From IMG/VR virus record IMGVR_UViG_3300006990_000018: a stretch of 64,000 bases of DNA; one strand, 5' to 3'. A program made the position numbers and the translations under genes. The notes below the pieces were generated by a model. The model searched no databases, was not told the origin of the DNA, and saw nothing but the letters and a program-made list of their open reading frames with translations. This stretch comes from an uncultured virus (IMG/VR IMGVR_UViG_3300006990_000018) (Duplodnaviria; Heunggongvirae; Uroviricota; Caudoviricetes). Shown piece by piece: positions 39,720 through 48,124 of this stretch. Within the stretch, counting starts at the first letter, position 1. The number at the start of each line of letters is the position of its first letter.

Positions 39720-40049
39720 ATGAGTTCCGATGAAATCGTCGCAGTTCTTGCCCTACTCGGCATCGTTGCCGCAGTCGCATACCGAGCCTACTTGAAACAC
39801 AAGCCCGCCATTGACGAGATTCTTGAGGATGGGTTGTCGCTTGACGACTTGGACGACATCAAGGAACTCGCAGAGGACGCCAAGGAGGACATTGAGGAGG
39901 TCGTGAACCTCGTCTCGTCGCTCCCCAAGACCAAGACGGAACTCAAGGGACTCAAGAAGAACGAACTCGTGGCCCTCGCTGAGGAACACAACCTTGACAT
40001 TGAAGGCACGAAGGCCGACCTCGTGGAACGCCTCCTCCCACTTCTCTGA
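39720..40049 (+). CDS. N-terminally membrane-anchored SAP-domain protein
   Basis: IVAVLALLGIVAAVAY TM helix; LKKNELVALAEEHNLDIEGTKADLVERL SAP consensus. Confidence 0.75.
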   Translation: MSSDEIVAVLALLGIVAAVAYRAYLKHKPAIDEILEDGLSLDDLDDIKELAEDAKEDIEEVVNLVSSLPKTKTELKGLKKNELVALAEEHNLDIEGTKADLVERLLPLL

Positions 40050-40050
40050 T

Positions 40051-40302
40051 TCAGACGCCCGTGTGATACGCCGAAAAGGCGGTCGGGTCAAAGACTCGGT
40101 ATTCCTTGCGGTTCGTGTAGCCGACATTCCTTCCGAGCACGCCAGCCTCCTTGATGGATGCCGCTTTGACCAAGTGTTGAAGCGTGCGGACATGAGCATT
40201 GACGCCCATCCCACGCAGGATGTCGCACATCTCAGCGACCGTCAGCCAGCGGTCTTGAGGCAGTCGGTGGAACTGCCGTAGGATTTGCTGGTGGCGGGGC
40301 AT
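40051..40302 (-). CDS. Small wHTH-like protein, the only convincing minus-strand CDS
   Basis: GAGGAGG RBS; WLTVAEMCDIL...VRTLQHLV HTH-like sequence; fills the gap between + genes. Confidence 0.6.
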   Translation of the reverse strand: MPRHQQILRQFHRLPQDRWLTVAEMCDILRGMGVNAHVRTLQHLVKAASIKEAGVLGRNVGYTNRKEYRVFDPTAFSAYHTGV

Positions 40303-40355
40303 TGACCCTCCTCACGGCGGCACGGTTGAAATAGGTGGTGGTGCCGTCCGAGTGC

Positions 40356-40520
40356 ATGGCCAAGCGATATGACGACGACGAAGTGCCGATTGTGAAGAAG
40401 CACATCTGCATCGTGTGCAAGCGTTCGGGACGCACGGGGACAAAGAGCCTCGTGGCTGATGGATGGCTTGACACCGCTAAGGGGCTGGTCTGCCCTGCTT
40501 GCCCCGAACCCGAGGCGTGA
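40356..40520 (+). CDS. Small Zn-ribbon protein
   Basis: TTGAAATAGG promoter; CxxC...CPxC. Confidence 0.6.
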   Translation: MAKRYDDDEVPIVKKHICIVCKRSGRTGTKSLVADGWLDTAKGLVCPACPEPEA

Positions 40521-40522
40521 GC

Positions 40523-40663
40523 ATGACCCAAGGACTCCGCAAGCCCAAGAGGGAGTGTGAGAACACATTCTGCCGACGGCTCATCAGCAACCAATATCCA
40601 CTTTGTCGCATCTGCGGCACTTGCGCTCGCCTTCGTAGGGAAGGCAATTCCATTAAGCGCTGA
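40523..40663 (+). CDS. 46-aa Cys-rich basic protein (not in the ORF track)
   Basis: MTQGLRKPKRECENTFC..CRICGTC. Confidence 0.5.
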   Translation: MTQGLRKPKRECENTFCRRLISNQYPLCRICGTCARLRREGNSIKR

Positions 40664-40716
40664 TTGAGCGACATTTACCGCAACCGTGAAAAACGATAGG
40701 CGAGTGTGGGTGTAGC

Positions 40717-41343
40717 ATGGATGTGGATGACGACGAGTGGAACGACGGCCCCGAGGCGGAAGTGCTTGACATTGACACATGGGGCAAGGGAGGCCAGACG
40801 GAAGGGCTGGACGACGCTCTGATACGCTGGGTGGCGCTTCTGATGGTGCAGGGCTACAAAGAACACGAGGTCATGCGTCGTCTCGGAGAAGCCGATTTGG
40901 ATAGGCGACTCACCCGAGGTGAACAAACCCGCCTTATGCGACTTGCGAGGATGGAATCAGAGGACCTTCGCCACCTCTCCATAGCCAAAGCCGAAATGGG
41001 CGACACCGATTGGCTAAGGTTGGACTCATACGCACGACGAAAGCGAATGCTGACGCTCACGGAGGGACTCGTTCACCAAGCACACGCCATGGCTGACAAT
41101 GTGAGCAAACTGAACAATGTCTCCTTCATGGCGGCGAACCTCGTCAAGCAACAGGACCAATTGGATAAGATGAGTGGCGCTCAAGACGCCAAGCCACAGG
41201 TCGTGGTGAACATTGGCTACGACCCAATAGAGCAGTTCCGTTCCGTGGTGCAGGAAGAACTGCGAACCATAGACGATGCGGTGAGGATTATTCCAGCCGA
41301 TAGGGACGATTCAGAGGCCGACGAAACCGACGACGAGAATTGA
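40717..41343 (+). CDS. Putative terminase small subunit-like protein
   Basis: HTH-like N-terminus (GYKEHEVMRRL), helical core, terminal VVVNI strand; followed by iterons. Confidence 0.4.
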   Translation: MDVDDDEWNDGPEAEVLDIDTWGKGGQTEGLDDALIRWVALLMVQGYKEHEVMRRLGEADLDRRLTRGEQTRLMRLARMESEDLRHLSIAKAEMGDTDWLRLDSYARRKRMLTLTEGLVHQAHAMADNVSKLNNVSFMAANLVKQQDQLDKMSGAQDAKPQVVVNIGYDPIEQFRSVVQEELRTIDDAVRIIPADRDDSEADETDDEN

Positions 41344-41358
41344 TTCATAACCGATGGG

Positions 41359-41471
41359 GATTGAACCGATACCTGCGGAACTTGCCGTTGATTTAGCCGA
41401 TACTTGCGACACTCGGCATGGATTTAGCCGATACTTGCGAGGTCGGAGGTTGATTTAGCCGATACCTTCGG
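41359..41471. repeat. Four ~20-bp direct repeats at exact 31-bp spacing
   Basis: GATT(T/G)A(G/A)CCGATAC(T/C)T(G/T)CG at 41359, 41390, 41421 and 41452. Confidence 0.9.
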
Positions 41472-41947
41472 CAGGACGCGTTGTTTTGGTCTCGTGTTGG
41501 CTTCGCCCGCTCGGTCGGGCTGACGCTCAAGGGGTTATAAACCTTTAGGTGTAGCGTTCTCTTTAGGTCAAAGGAGAATGTAGGGGAGGAAAGATTATAT
41601 ACCCCCTGCGGCGGGGGTCGGCGTGGCGGGTGCTTTGGCCGCTTGCGCTTCATCTGCCCCATGTTGGGACCTAAAGCATTTGACCCTATAAAGGTTTGGG
41701 TGTGGCGTTCTCCCGTCGGCGAAACGGCCCCGCCGCCCGTAGGTTGATGGGCTGGGGGTATATAGTCTTTCCGTTCTGATAGTCTCCCGAGGTCGGACCC
41801 TATCATGAACGGGCCGCCCCTCTGGCCTTCGGAGGGCCTCGGAGGACCCCCGAAAAAGCCGAAAATGCAGGCCGACCTATATCCCCCTATAAACCTATCG
41901 CAATTCTGCGCCGAAACCTTTAAGGTGGGAGGCGGTATAGGACAACC

Positions 41948-42469
41948 ATGGCGCAACAAGCGAACCAAACCCCAGCCCGAACTGAAACCACCCTCGTTGT
42001 GGAGGAAACCACCTCCCTCGTTGGCCTTCAAGCCATCGCCAAGGCGATGGATAAGGTCCACACCACCAACAACAAGGCAACCGTCCAAGCCCTTGGCGAG
42101 GACTCCGCCACCCCCTTCATGCTCACGGGCGTTTTGACCGTCGGCGAAGAGACCGCCCTCATTGACGAGAGCGGCATGATTGAAGTCGGCGCCTCCTTCC
42201 AGCGTGCTCAGACCTCAGCGTTCAAGACCACGAACGCCATCCGCGACGCTCTCGCCGTCATGGGCATGCACGCCCCCAAAATGGCCGAAGCCATCATGGC
42301 TTCCATGCTCGCTTCCAAAGACGGTGGAGACTCCGCCGCCGCACTTGAGGCCAACGGCTTCAACATTTCCGAAGCCGCCCTTGACCGAGCCAACGCCTTC
42401 ATGGCCTCCCTCGCCACCAAGAGCACCCGCACCGTTTCCGCCGCTGTCAAGGTCAGCCTTGACGACTGA
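41948..42469 (+). CDS. Hypothetical Ala/Thr-rich protein
   Basis: CCGAAACC-TTTAAGGT promoter; strong codon bias. Confidence 0.75.
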   Translation: MAQQANQTPARTETTLVVEETTSLVGLQAIAKAMDKVHTTNNKATVQALGEDSATPFMLTGVLTVGEETALIDESGMIEVGASFQRAQTSAFKTTNAIRDALAVMGMHAPKMAEAIMASMLASKDGGDSAAALEANGFNISEAALDRANAFMASLATKSTRTVSAAVKVSLDD

Positions 42470-42860
42470 GACCGACAGACACGCCCAGACACGCCGCCCC
42501 TGCCCCTTCGGGGGTGGGGACCCTGCGAGGTCCCTCCCAGCGGGAGCAAGGCCCACAGGGACGCCCACAGGGCCACGCATGACCCCCAGCGGGAGCGAGG
42601 CCCCCAAGGAGCGCCCGAGTGCACGCAAGGTCCGCCCGAAAGGCCCGCCGCCCATATCCGATGGGCTGACGGCCTATAAAGGTTTTGGACCTACACTTTC
42701 CTTTTCTCAAGAGAACGCCACGCCGAAAGGTTTATAGGGTGTCAGCGCCCGTGTTCAAGTGGAGAGACGACTTCCAACGGGGCGCGTTGGAGACGGCATC
42801 TCCCCGAGTGCCCTCGCCCCTGCCCCGACCCCCACGGGTCCTCGCATCAATCTAAGGGAA

Positions 42861-42927
42861 CGGCTGACACCCTATAAAGGTTTCGTTCACCGATAGGTTT
42901 AATAGGGGGGACCCCCTACGATAAAAC
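42861..42927. promoter_or_regulatory. Back-to-back divergent promoter pair (type example)
   Basis: GCTGACACCCTATAAAGGTTTCG (minus-strand TATA) abuts CCGATAGGTTTAATAGGGG (plus-strand TATA). Confidence 0.7.
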
Positions 42928-43269
42928 ATGCGAGACCTAACCCGCCTAACCCAAGCCGAGACCCGCCGAATACCTGCCCTATACGCTACCGACGGCGTGC
43001 CCATGAGCGAGAAGGTCGCTCAAGCCCGCTACTTCTTCGGCGGCCGCTCTGCCTTCTATGTCCTTGAGCGAGACCCCAGCACGGGCGAGATGTTCGGCTT
43101 TTGGATTTCCGAGCACGGCAACGACATGAACGAACTCACCTACGCCGACGCTGAGACCATGCGGTGTGTGCGAGCCGAGAAGGACCGCTTCTTCTCCCCG
43201 AAAAACCTCATTGAGGCCGTCAAGAGCCGAGAGGGTGCGAACGCCGTCCCATCATGGTGGAGTGAGTGA
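42928..43269 (+). CDS. DUF2958-like protein
   Basis: IPALYATD..K....FF....FYV.E.D...EMFGF....ELTY pattern. Confidence 0.55.
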   Translation: MRDLTRLTQAETRRIPALYATDGVPMSEKVAQARYFFGGRSAFYVLERDPSTGEMFGFWISEHGNDMNELTYADAETMRCVRAEKDRFFSPKNLIEAVKSREGANAVPSWWSE

Positions 43270-43272
43270 AAC

Positions 43273-43503
43273 ATGACCTACCGCCCATCATTCCGAGCAC
43301 AGACCTACGCCAAGGGCCGCCTTGAACTCGGCTTCAAAATGCACTACGACGAATCCTACACCGTTTCCATGATGGTTGAGGTCGCACTTGAAGAGGACTT
43401 CTATTTCGGCGTTCGTGGCTCACCAGACACCGCCGACGAGGATGCCGTCAAGGCATGGGCTACCGACCTGTATCGTGGCCGCCTCAACCCTAACAAGTAT
43501 TGA
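43273..43503 (+). CDS. Hypothetical protein
   Basis: Operonic ATG. Confidence 0.65.
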   Translation: MTYRPSFRAQTYAKGRLELGFKMHYDESYTVSMMVEVALEEDFYFGVRGSPDTADEDAVKAWATDLYRGRLNPNKY

Positions 43504-43731
43504 GTGGGGGGCATCTTCTATACCCCGCCCATGACGGGCGGGGCTACGCTGAGCAATAGCCCCAGCGGGAGCGAGGATTTCAATTCCTGAGATTTTCAGT
43601 CGCCCCGAATCCGTCAAAATTGACAGACCCAGCGGGGCGCGTTGGCCCGTTGCCTATAACCGATGGGCTGACAGCCTATAAAGGTTTCTAACACCGAAAG
43701 TTTTAATATAGGGGACCTCCTACGATTGAAC

Positions 43732-44115
43732 ATGACGGACACCCCGACACCCGCCCACCGCTTTGCCCTCGGACAGACCTACACCACGCTCAACGCCACA
43801 TGGCCTCTGAGAGACTACGATAGGAAGTTCAACACCACGGTTGCGGGTCATGCCCGCATCATGAGCATGGAAGTGTTCACGACCTCCACAGGCCGTGAAA
43901 TCCACCGTGCTCATTTCTCCATCACCTACACCCGAGCCGACGGCTCCACGAGTGCTGGCGGCCTCTTCTCCCGTGAAATTGAGGTCGTGCCCTTCCGCAA
44001 GGCTGAAGCGCTCATCCTTGACACCATCCACGACGGTTGGTGGTGGTCCGCCGACATGACGGCTGAGGAGTCCCCTCGGGTCGCTGAGTTCACGGATTGG
44101 CTCGCCGAGCAATAG
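43732..44115 (+). CDS. Hypothetical protein
   Basis: Family promoter. Confidence 0.72.
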   Translation: MTDTPTPAHRFALGQTYTTLNATWPLRDYDRKFNTTVAGHARIMSMEVFTTSTGREIHRAHFSITYTRADGSTSAGGLFSREIEVVPFRKAEALILDTIHDGWWWSADMTAEESPRVAEFTDWLAEQ

Positions 44116-44320
44116 GCCGCCCGTCTTTGTAGCAACGGCCCCGAGCGGGGCGCGTTAATGTTGGGGGCTTTTCGCCCGTTTGTCGGGTCCAGCCACCGCA
44201 GTTCAAACCCCGTGGCCACCGTTCAAACCCCACGCCAACAGGACAAACCGCCCGAAAGCCTGCAACATTGTTTGGCCTCGCCGTGCCCCGTTTGGTTATA
44301 ATGGAAAATAATTCAGAGGA

Positions 44321-44435
44321 GACCCCCTTCCCCATTTCACACACACACCTTGTCATGTGTGTGTGTCATAGTGCATTCTATTCATTTAATTTAATTGAAA
44401 ATAAGATAATATAGATAAGAAAAGACTATATACTC
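44321..44435. other. Candidate origin: (CA)n/(TG)n inverted repeat plus an AT-rich tract
   Basis: Homologous to the reverse complement of 14811-14864; followed by a strongly AT-rich stretch. Confidence 0.45.
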
Positions 44436-44531
44436 CCATCTCATGGTCTATCGGTATGCGGAGCCTACAAGCGGGCGGGACCGATACCTTTAAGGTGGGA
44501 GACCCCGTGGCTTAGAACAGAGGGAACAAAC

Positions 44532-44951
44532 ATGACCTGCCTAACCCGAACCGAAAGCCAAGCCTACAACACGACCCGCGCCAAGAAGCACATTCGCGCC
44601 GTGCACTATCACGCCGCATTCTATGACGCTCCCAGTCAATATGTTGGCGACGACGGCATAAGCCAAGACTCCGCCAACATTCTTCTTCGCCACGGCGACG
44701 CCAGCCTCCACATCACCGCCGACGGCCGAGCCTACCTCTCCGCCACCAAGACGGGTTCACGGAACTACGGCGGGAACTCCTGCTTGCGAGACGGCGACCG
44801 CAAGGGCGACGACGGCCGCTATGTGGTCATTCACGAGGTCCCACGCTACAACCGCACCGCTGGCCCCGTGGACGCCCACGCCGCACTCATGGCCGTCATT
44901 GACTCCATGGTCATGAAGGGACACCGCTTCTCCATCAGCAAGATGTTTTGA
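44532..44951 (+). CDS. Hypothetical protein
   Basis: Promoter plus short leader. Confidence 0.7.
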   Translation: MTCLTRTESQAYNTTRAKKHIRAVHYHAAFYDAPSQYVGDDGISQDSANILLRHGDASLHITADGRAYLSATKTGSRNYGGNSCLRDGDRKGDDGRYVVIHEVPRYNRTAGPVDAHAALMAVIDSMVMKGHRFSISKMF

Positions 44952-44979
44952 GGCCGACGGCCGCACCGATTCCAGCACC

Positions 44980-45022
44980 TTTGAGCGAAAGTCTTTAATA
45001 GGGGATTCCCCTACGATAGACC
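44980..45022 (+). promoter_or_regulatory. Family promoter with no downstream ATG
   Basis: TTTGAGCGAAAGTC-TTTAATAGGGG...CTACGATAGA. Confidence 0.8.
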
Positions 45023-45385
45023 AGAGCGCACCTGTCCCCTCAGCGGGGGTGGGGGTGCCGACCCGAGATTGAGAACCTCGCCGTCCCGCACAGGGATAAG
45101 CGGCGAGCGGCCAACCGTCGCTTCTGGTGGCGGGGACTCCGAGAGTTCTAAGGTGCAGGGAGAAGGCTTAGCGGCCAAACCCTCAACCTCGGCAGGGAAG
45201 CCACGGCGGCCCTGTCGGCAAAGCCTCGCTTCAACGATGAGGGCGAGAGACGGCACCAATCCCGCACGGGAACCAATGGCCAAAACAGGAACCTCGGGGG
45301 ACTACTCCTCCCCAGAGAGCCACGCCCAATAGGCAGGCGTGGACCCGTGCCTACTGCGGAGGAAGGGGGTCGGCGCTGGCGCTCA
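45023..45385 (+). ncRNA. Putative large structured ncRNA of about 360 nt
   Basis: 5'/3' closing helices, many hairpins, two possible pseudoknots, own promoter, no leaderless ORF. Confidence 0.68.
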
Positions 45386-45568
45386 CATTGAGCCGATACT
45401 TTAGCCGATACCCGTTGTTTGGCGCGTTGTTTGTGGATGCGGAGTCTCCCCCCGTGCCCGCTCCTCTCGGGGTCCGCCCCCGCTCCTCGCAATATGAACA
45501 GGGAGCCGACAGCCTATAAAGGTTTGCTTGACCGATACCTTTAAGGGGGCAAGCCCCGTGGAGCAAAC

Positions 45569-45808
45569 ATGGAGAACCAAACCTTCACCCAACACGCCCG
45601 CCGAGAAGCCACCAGCACCCTCGTTCATTACTTGGACCAAGGAGAGACCAACAAGGCCCTTCTAATTGGAATCACGGCCGCTCGCCTCTTTGAGTGCTAC
45701 CTTCAAGACACGGCGGAGCCTTGCCCCTACGCATTCATTGACGCCCGCCGCTGGGCCATGGCCGAAGTGTCAGAAGCCACCGCCAAGCCTTGGGCCGTCC
45801 TTCAATGA
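45569..45808 (+). CDS. Hypothetical protein
   Basis: Promoter-linked ATG. Confidence 0.68.
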   Translation: MENQTFTQHARREATSTLVHYLDQGETNKALLIGITAARLFECYLQDTAEPCPYAFIDARRWAMAEVSEATAKPWAVLQ

Positions 45809-45847
45809 GTCGGCAGGCTCAAAGAGGTGGCCTGCACGGGTCGCCTC

Positions 45848-46177
45848 ATGATGCCCGAGCAACCCAAGCGCCGACAGTCCCGACGAGAGCGGCGAGAGTC
45901 CAAGCGAGCGACCCGACGCCTTCGGCGGTTCCGTGCTGGCGAGGTTCTGCGACTCCGAAAGGATGCCGTTCGCTTCACGCTCTCTGAGGCCATCGTCATG
46001 GCCTCCCTGCGCCGTGAGGCCGCCGCCATCGCCGAACCTACCGACGAGACGGGGAAGCCTGCACAGCGCACCGTTCAACGCTTCCATGCGTGGGCGGGCC
46101 AACTGAGGGCGGTTGATTCGTCTCGGTGGCGGTGGTTCGTGGACGGCGACAGAATCGCCGCATTTGAGAACCTTTGA
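45848..46177 (+). CDS. Arg-rich hypothetical protein
   Basis: Open frame after GAGGTG; start uncertain. Confidence 0.5.
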   Translation: MMPEQPKRRQSRRERRESKRATRRLRRFRAGEVLRLRKDAVRFTLSEAIVMASLRREAAAIAEPTDETGKPAQRTVQRFHAWAGQLRAVDSSRWRWFVDGDRIAAFENL

Positions 46178-46214
46178 CCGAACTCTTTATGTAGGGGCAC
46201 TTTCTGGCCGTAGC

Positions 46215-46403
46215 ATGAACCAAGTCCCCTACCAGTCCAGCGAGGCGAGCGCCGACATTATCAACGCCTACGCCAGCCAATACCGAACATATGCCCGTCA
46301 AGGTCCGAGCCGCTTGGTCCGAGCCATGAAGTTCATTGGACCCATCGCCGTTTTGGTGTTCCCGCCGCTTACTCTCATCGCTTTGATTATCGTTCACCGC
46401 TGA
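46215..46403 (+). CDS. Small membrane protein
   Basis: Own promoter; C-terminal hydrophobic helix. Confidence 0.6.
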   Translation: MNQVPYQSSEASADIINAYASQYRTYARQGPSRLVRAMKFIGPIAVLVFPPLTLIALIIVHR

Positions 46404-46451
46404 GCGGTTCGCCCGATACATCAGAGCGCCGCCGTTGATTTTGCCGAGGGC

Positions 46452-46500
46452 AAAACCGACGGACTGAGGGGCCGCCGCCCTATGAGTCGTCGTCGTCCAC
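46452..46500 (-). ncRNA. Putative small RNA, family copy A
   Basis: TATA..TGTTCAA-GTGGACGACGACGAC...GGCGGCCCCTCAGTC..TTTT. Confidence 0.5.
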
Positions 46501-46577
46501 TTGAACACGGGCGACGAAAGCACATAAAGGTTTTGTTCACCGATACCTTTAAGGTGGGACGCCTCGTGGTTTGAAAC

Positions 46578-46793
46578 ATGGGAGACACCCGAACACCAAA
46601 GAACGCCCGATGGGCCACAGGCCAGCAAAAAGTCCACCTCGCACACCCCTTAACGGGTTGTTGCCTTGGATGCAAAAAGAAGGTCGCCGCATGGCCAAAC
46701 GCTCAAGATAAGACCGTTGAAGAAGTCAAGAACTCGGACTTTGGCCTCTGTTCCTTCGTCAGCGACTTTTGGCTTGACCGTTTCACCAAATGA
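46578..46793 (+). CDS. Small Cys/His protein
   Basis: Promoter-linked ATG. Confidence 0.62.
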   Translation: MGDTRTPKNARWATGQQKVHLAHPLTGCCLGCKKKVAAWPNAQDKTVEEVKNSDFGLCSFVSDFWLDRFTK

Positions 46794-46948
46794 AGCCGCC
46801 CGTCCGCCCAGAAACTCCGCCCCTCGGGGCGCGCTGGGTCTCGCAGGCCGATTTTGGCCGATAGGCTCGCAGTCATGCGTTTAGGCCCGAACGGGTCCAG
46901 AACCTTTGAGCGAACCTTTGATATAGGGGAGCCTCCCGTATTCACATC

Positions 46949-47257
46949 ATGCGAAACAACACACACGCCCGAGACCGAATGATGAGCCGCCTCACCGAGA
47001 GCGAGCGTTCAGAGGTCAAAGCCACCGTGGCCGCCGTCCGAGAGGCTGGCCTCATCACCCCCACCGAGGACCTCGCCATTTACGCCGCTCGCCTCTCCCG
47101 CTCCCGTGCGGCTGAGTGCGGTTCAAACGGTCAAAATGTCGTGGTCATGGTCCGCCGTGGAAAAGTCGCCACCGTCATGCTCCGCCGAGACAACCAACCA
47201 CCCACCCGCTCCGCTCTCCGAGTGGACCGAGTGCTTCGCATGAACGGGGGCGTTTGA
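46949..47257 (+). CDS. Hypothetical protein
   Basis: Promoter-linked ATG; HARDRMMSR..VVVMVRRGKVATVML is reminiscent of small RNase-like folds. Confidence 0.68.
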   Translation: MRNNTHARDRMMSRLTESERSEVKATVAAVREAGLITPTEDLAIYAARLSRSRAAECGSNGQNVVVMVRRGKVATVMLRRDNQPPTRSALRVDRVLRMNGGV

Positions 47258-47258
47258 G

Positions 47259-47393
47259 ATGGCCAAGGCCCAAGGACGACCCAACAAGAAGCACGCCAAC
47301 CGCAAGGCTGGCCACCACTACAAGCGCACGCAGGGCGGCCCACGCCGCACGGGCGTTCATCGCCTTGAGAACTGCCGCCTTCACGGCCGCTGA
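47259..47393 (+). CDS. 44-aa highly basic peptide (not in the ORF track)
   Basis: MAKAQGRPNKKHANRKAGHHYKRTQGGPRRTGVHRLENCRLHGR. Confidence 0.5.
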   Translation: MAKAQGRPNKKHANRKAGHHYKRTQGGPRRTGVHRLENCRLHGR

Positions 47394-47434
47394 GGTCTGG
47401 ACGGGGCGCTCTCGGGCGCGAGCCGCCGACAGCG

Positions 47435-47483
47435 AAAAACGCACGACTGAGGGGCCGCCGACCCCCCGCTCATCATCATCCAC
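47435..47483 (-). ncRNA. Putative small RNA, family copy B
   Basis: TTTATA..TGTTCAA-GTGGATGATGATGAG...GGCGGCCCCTCAGTCGTGCGTTTTT. Confidence 0.5.
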
Positions 47484-47559
47484 TTGAACATAAGGCTGAC
47501 AGTCTATAAAGGTTTTGATGACCGATAGTTTTATAGTGGGAAGCCTCGTGGATTGAATC

Positions 47560-47841
47560 ATGGGAACACAAACCATGACCGAGCAAGCAAGCGGATTCTC
47601 CACGGAGTCCTTCACCGACCAAGGCCAACACGGAGCCGTTAATATCGTGGTCCGCCGTGGTGCATACGGTGGCGGGAACTCCGTCGGCGTGCACATCAGC
47701 AACGGCAAAGGCGCCAGCGTTTCCGCTCACATGAACCGAGCCGAAGCCATCGCCATGGCTCAAGCCATCATAGCCGCCACGACCGACCAAGCGACCGAGG
47801 ACGCCTACACCTTCCCCCACCGCTCCGAGGTGAACGAATGA
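47560..47841 (+). CDS. Hypothetical protein
   Basis: Promoter-linked ATG. Confidence 0.68.
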   Translation: MGTQTMTEQASGFSTESFTDQGQHGAVNIVVRRGAYGGGNSVGVHISNGKGASVSAHMNRAEAIAMAQAIIAATTDQATEDAYTFPHRSEVNE

Positions 47842-48124
47842 GCGCCGCCGCCGCTTGGAACTACCTCGCCACCGCTGACACGGGCGAGATAACCCACATC
47901 TGCGTTGTCTTGGCCTTCGTCGTGTTCCCCTTCGTTCAAGGCGTCTGGGAGTCCGTGTCGTCCCTTGTGGAGCGTGTGCGCTGATGCTGGCGGACATTGT
48001 GCTCATTCTCTCCTTCCTGCTCATGTGGGCGGCTGTGTGCGCTGAGGACGGCGACCTCTGAACGGGTTCACGCCAGAACCTTTGAGCGAATCCTTTATGT
48101 AGGGGATGCCTCCCATCTTGTATT

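Noticed and set aside
41359..41471. CRISPR mini-array
   Set aside because: The intervening sequences are only about 11 bp and the repeats about 20 bp; the fixed 31-bp period fits protein-binding iterons, and there is no cas operon
45023..45385. tmRNA, tRNA, SRP or canonical RNase P RNA
   Set aside because: No acceptor stem, T-arm or CCA, no SRP helix-8 motif, and no GAGGAAAGUCC-type element near the 5' end; only weak partial resemblances
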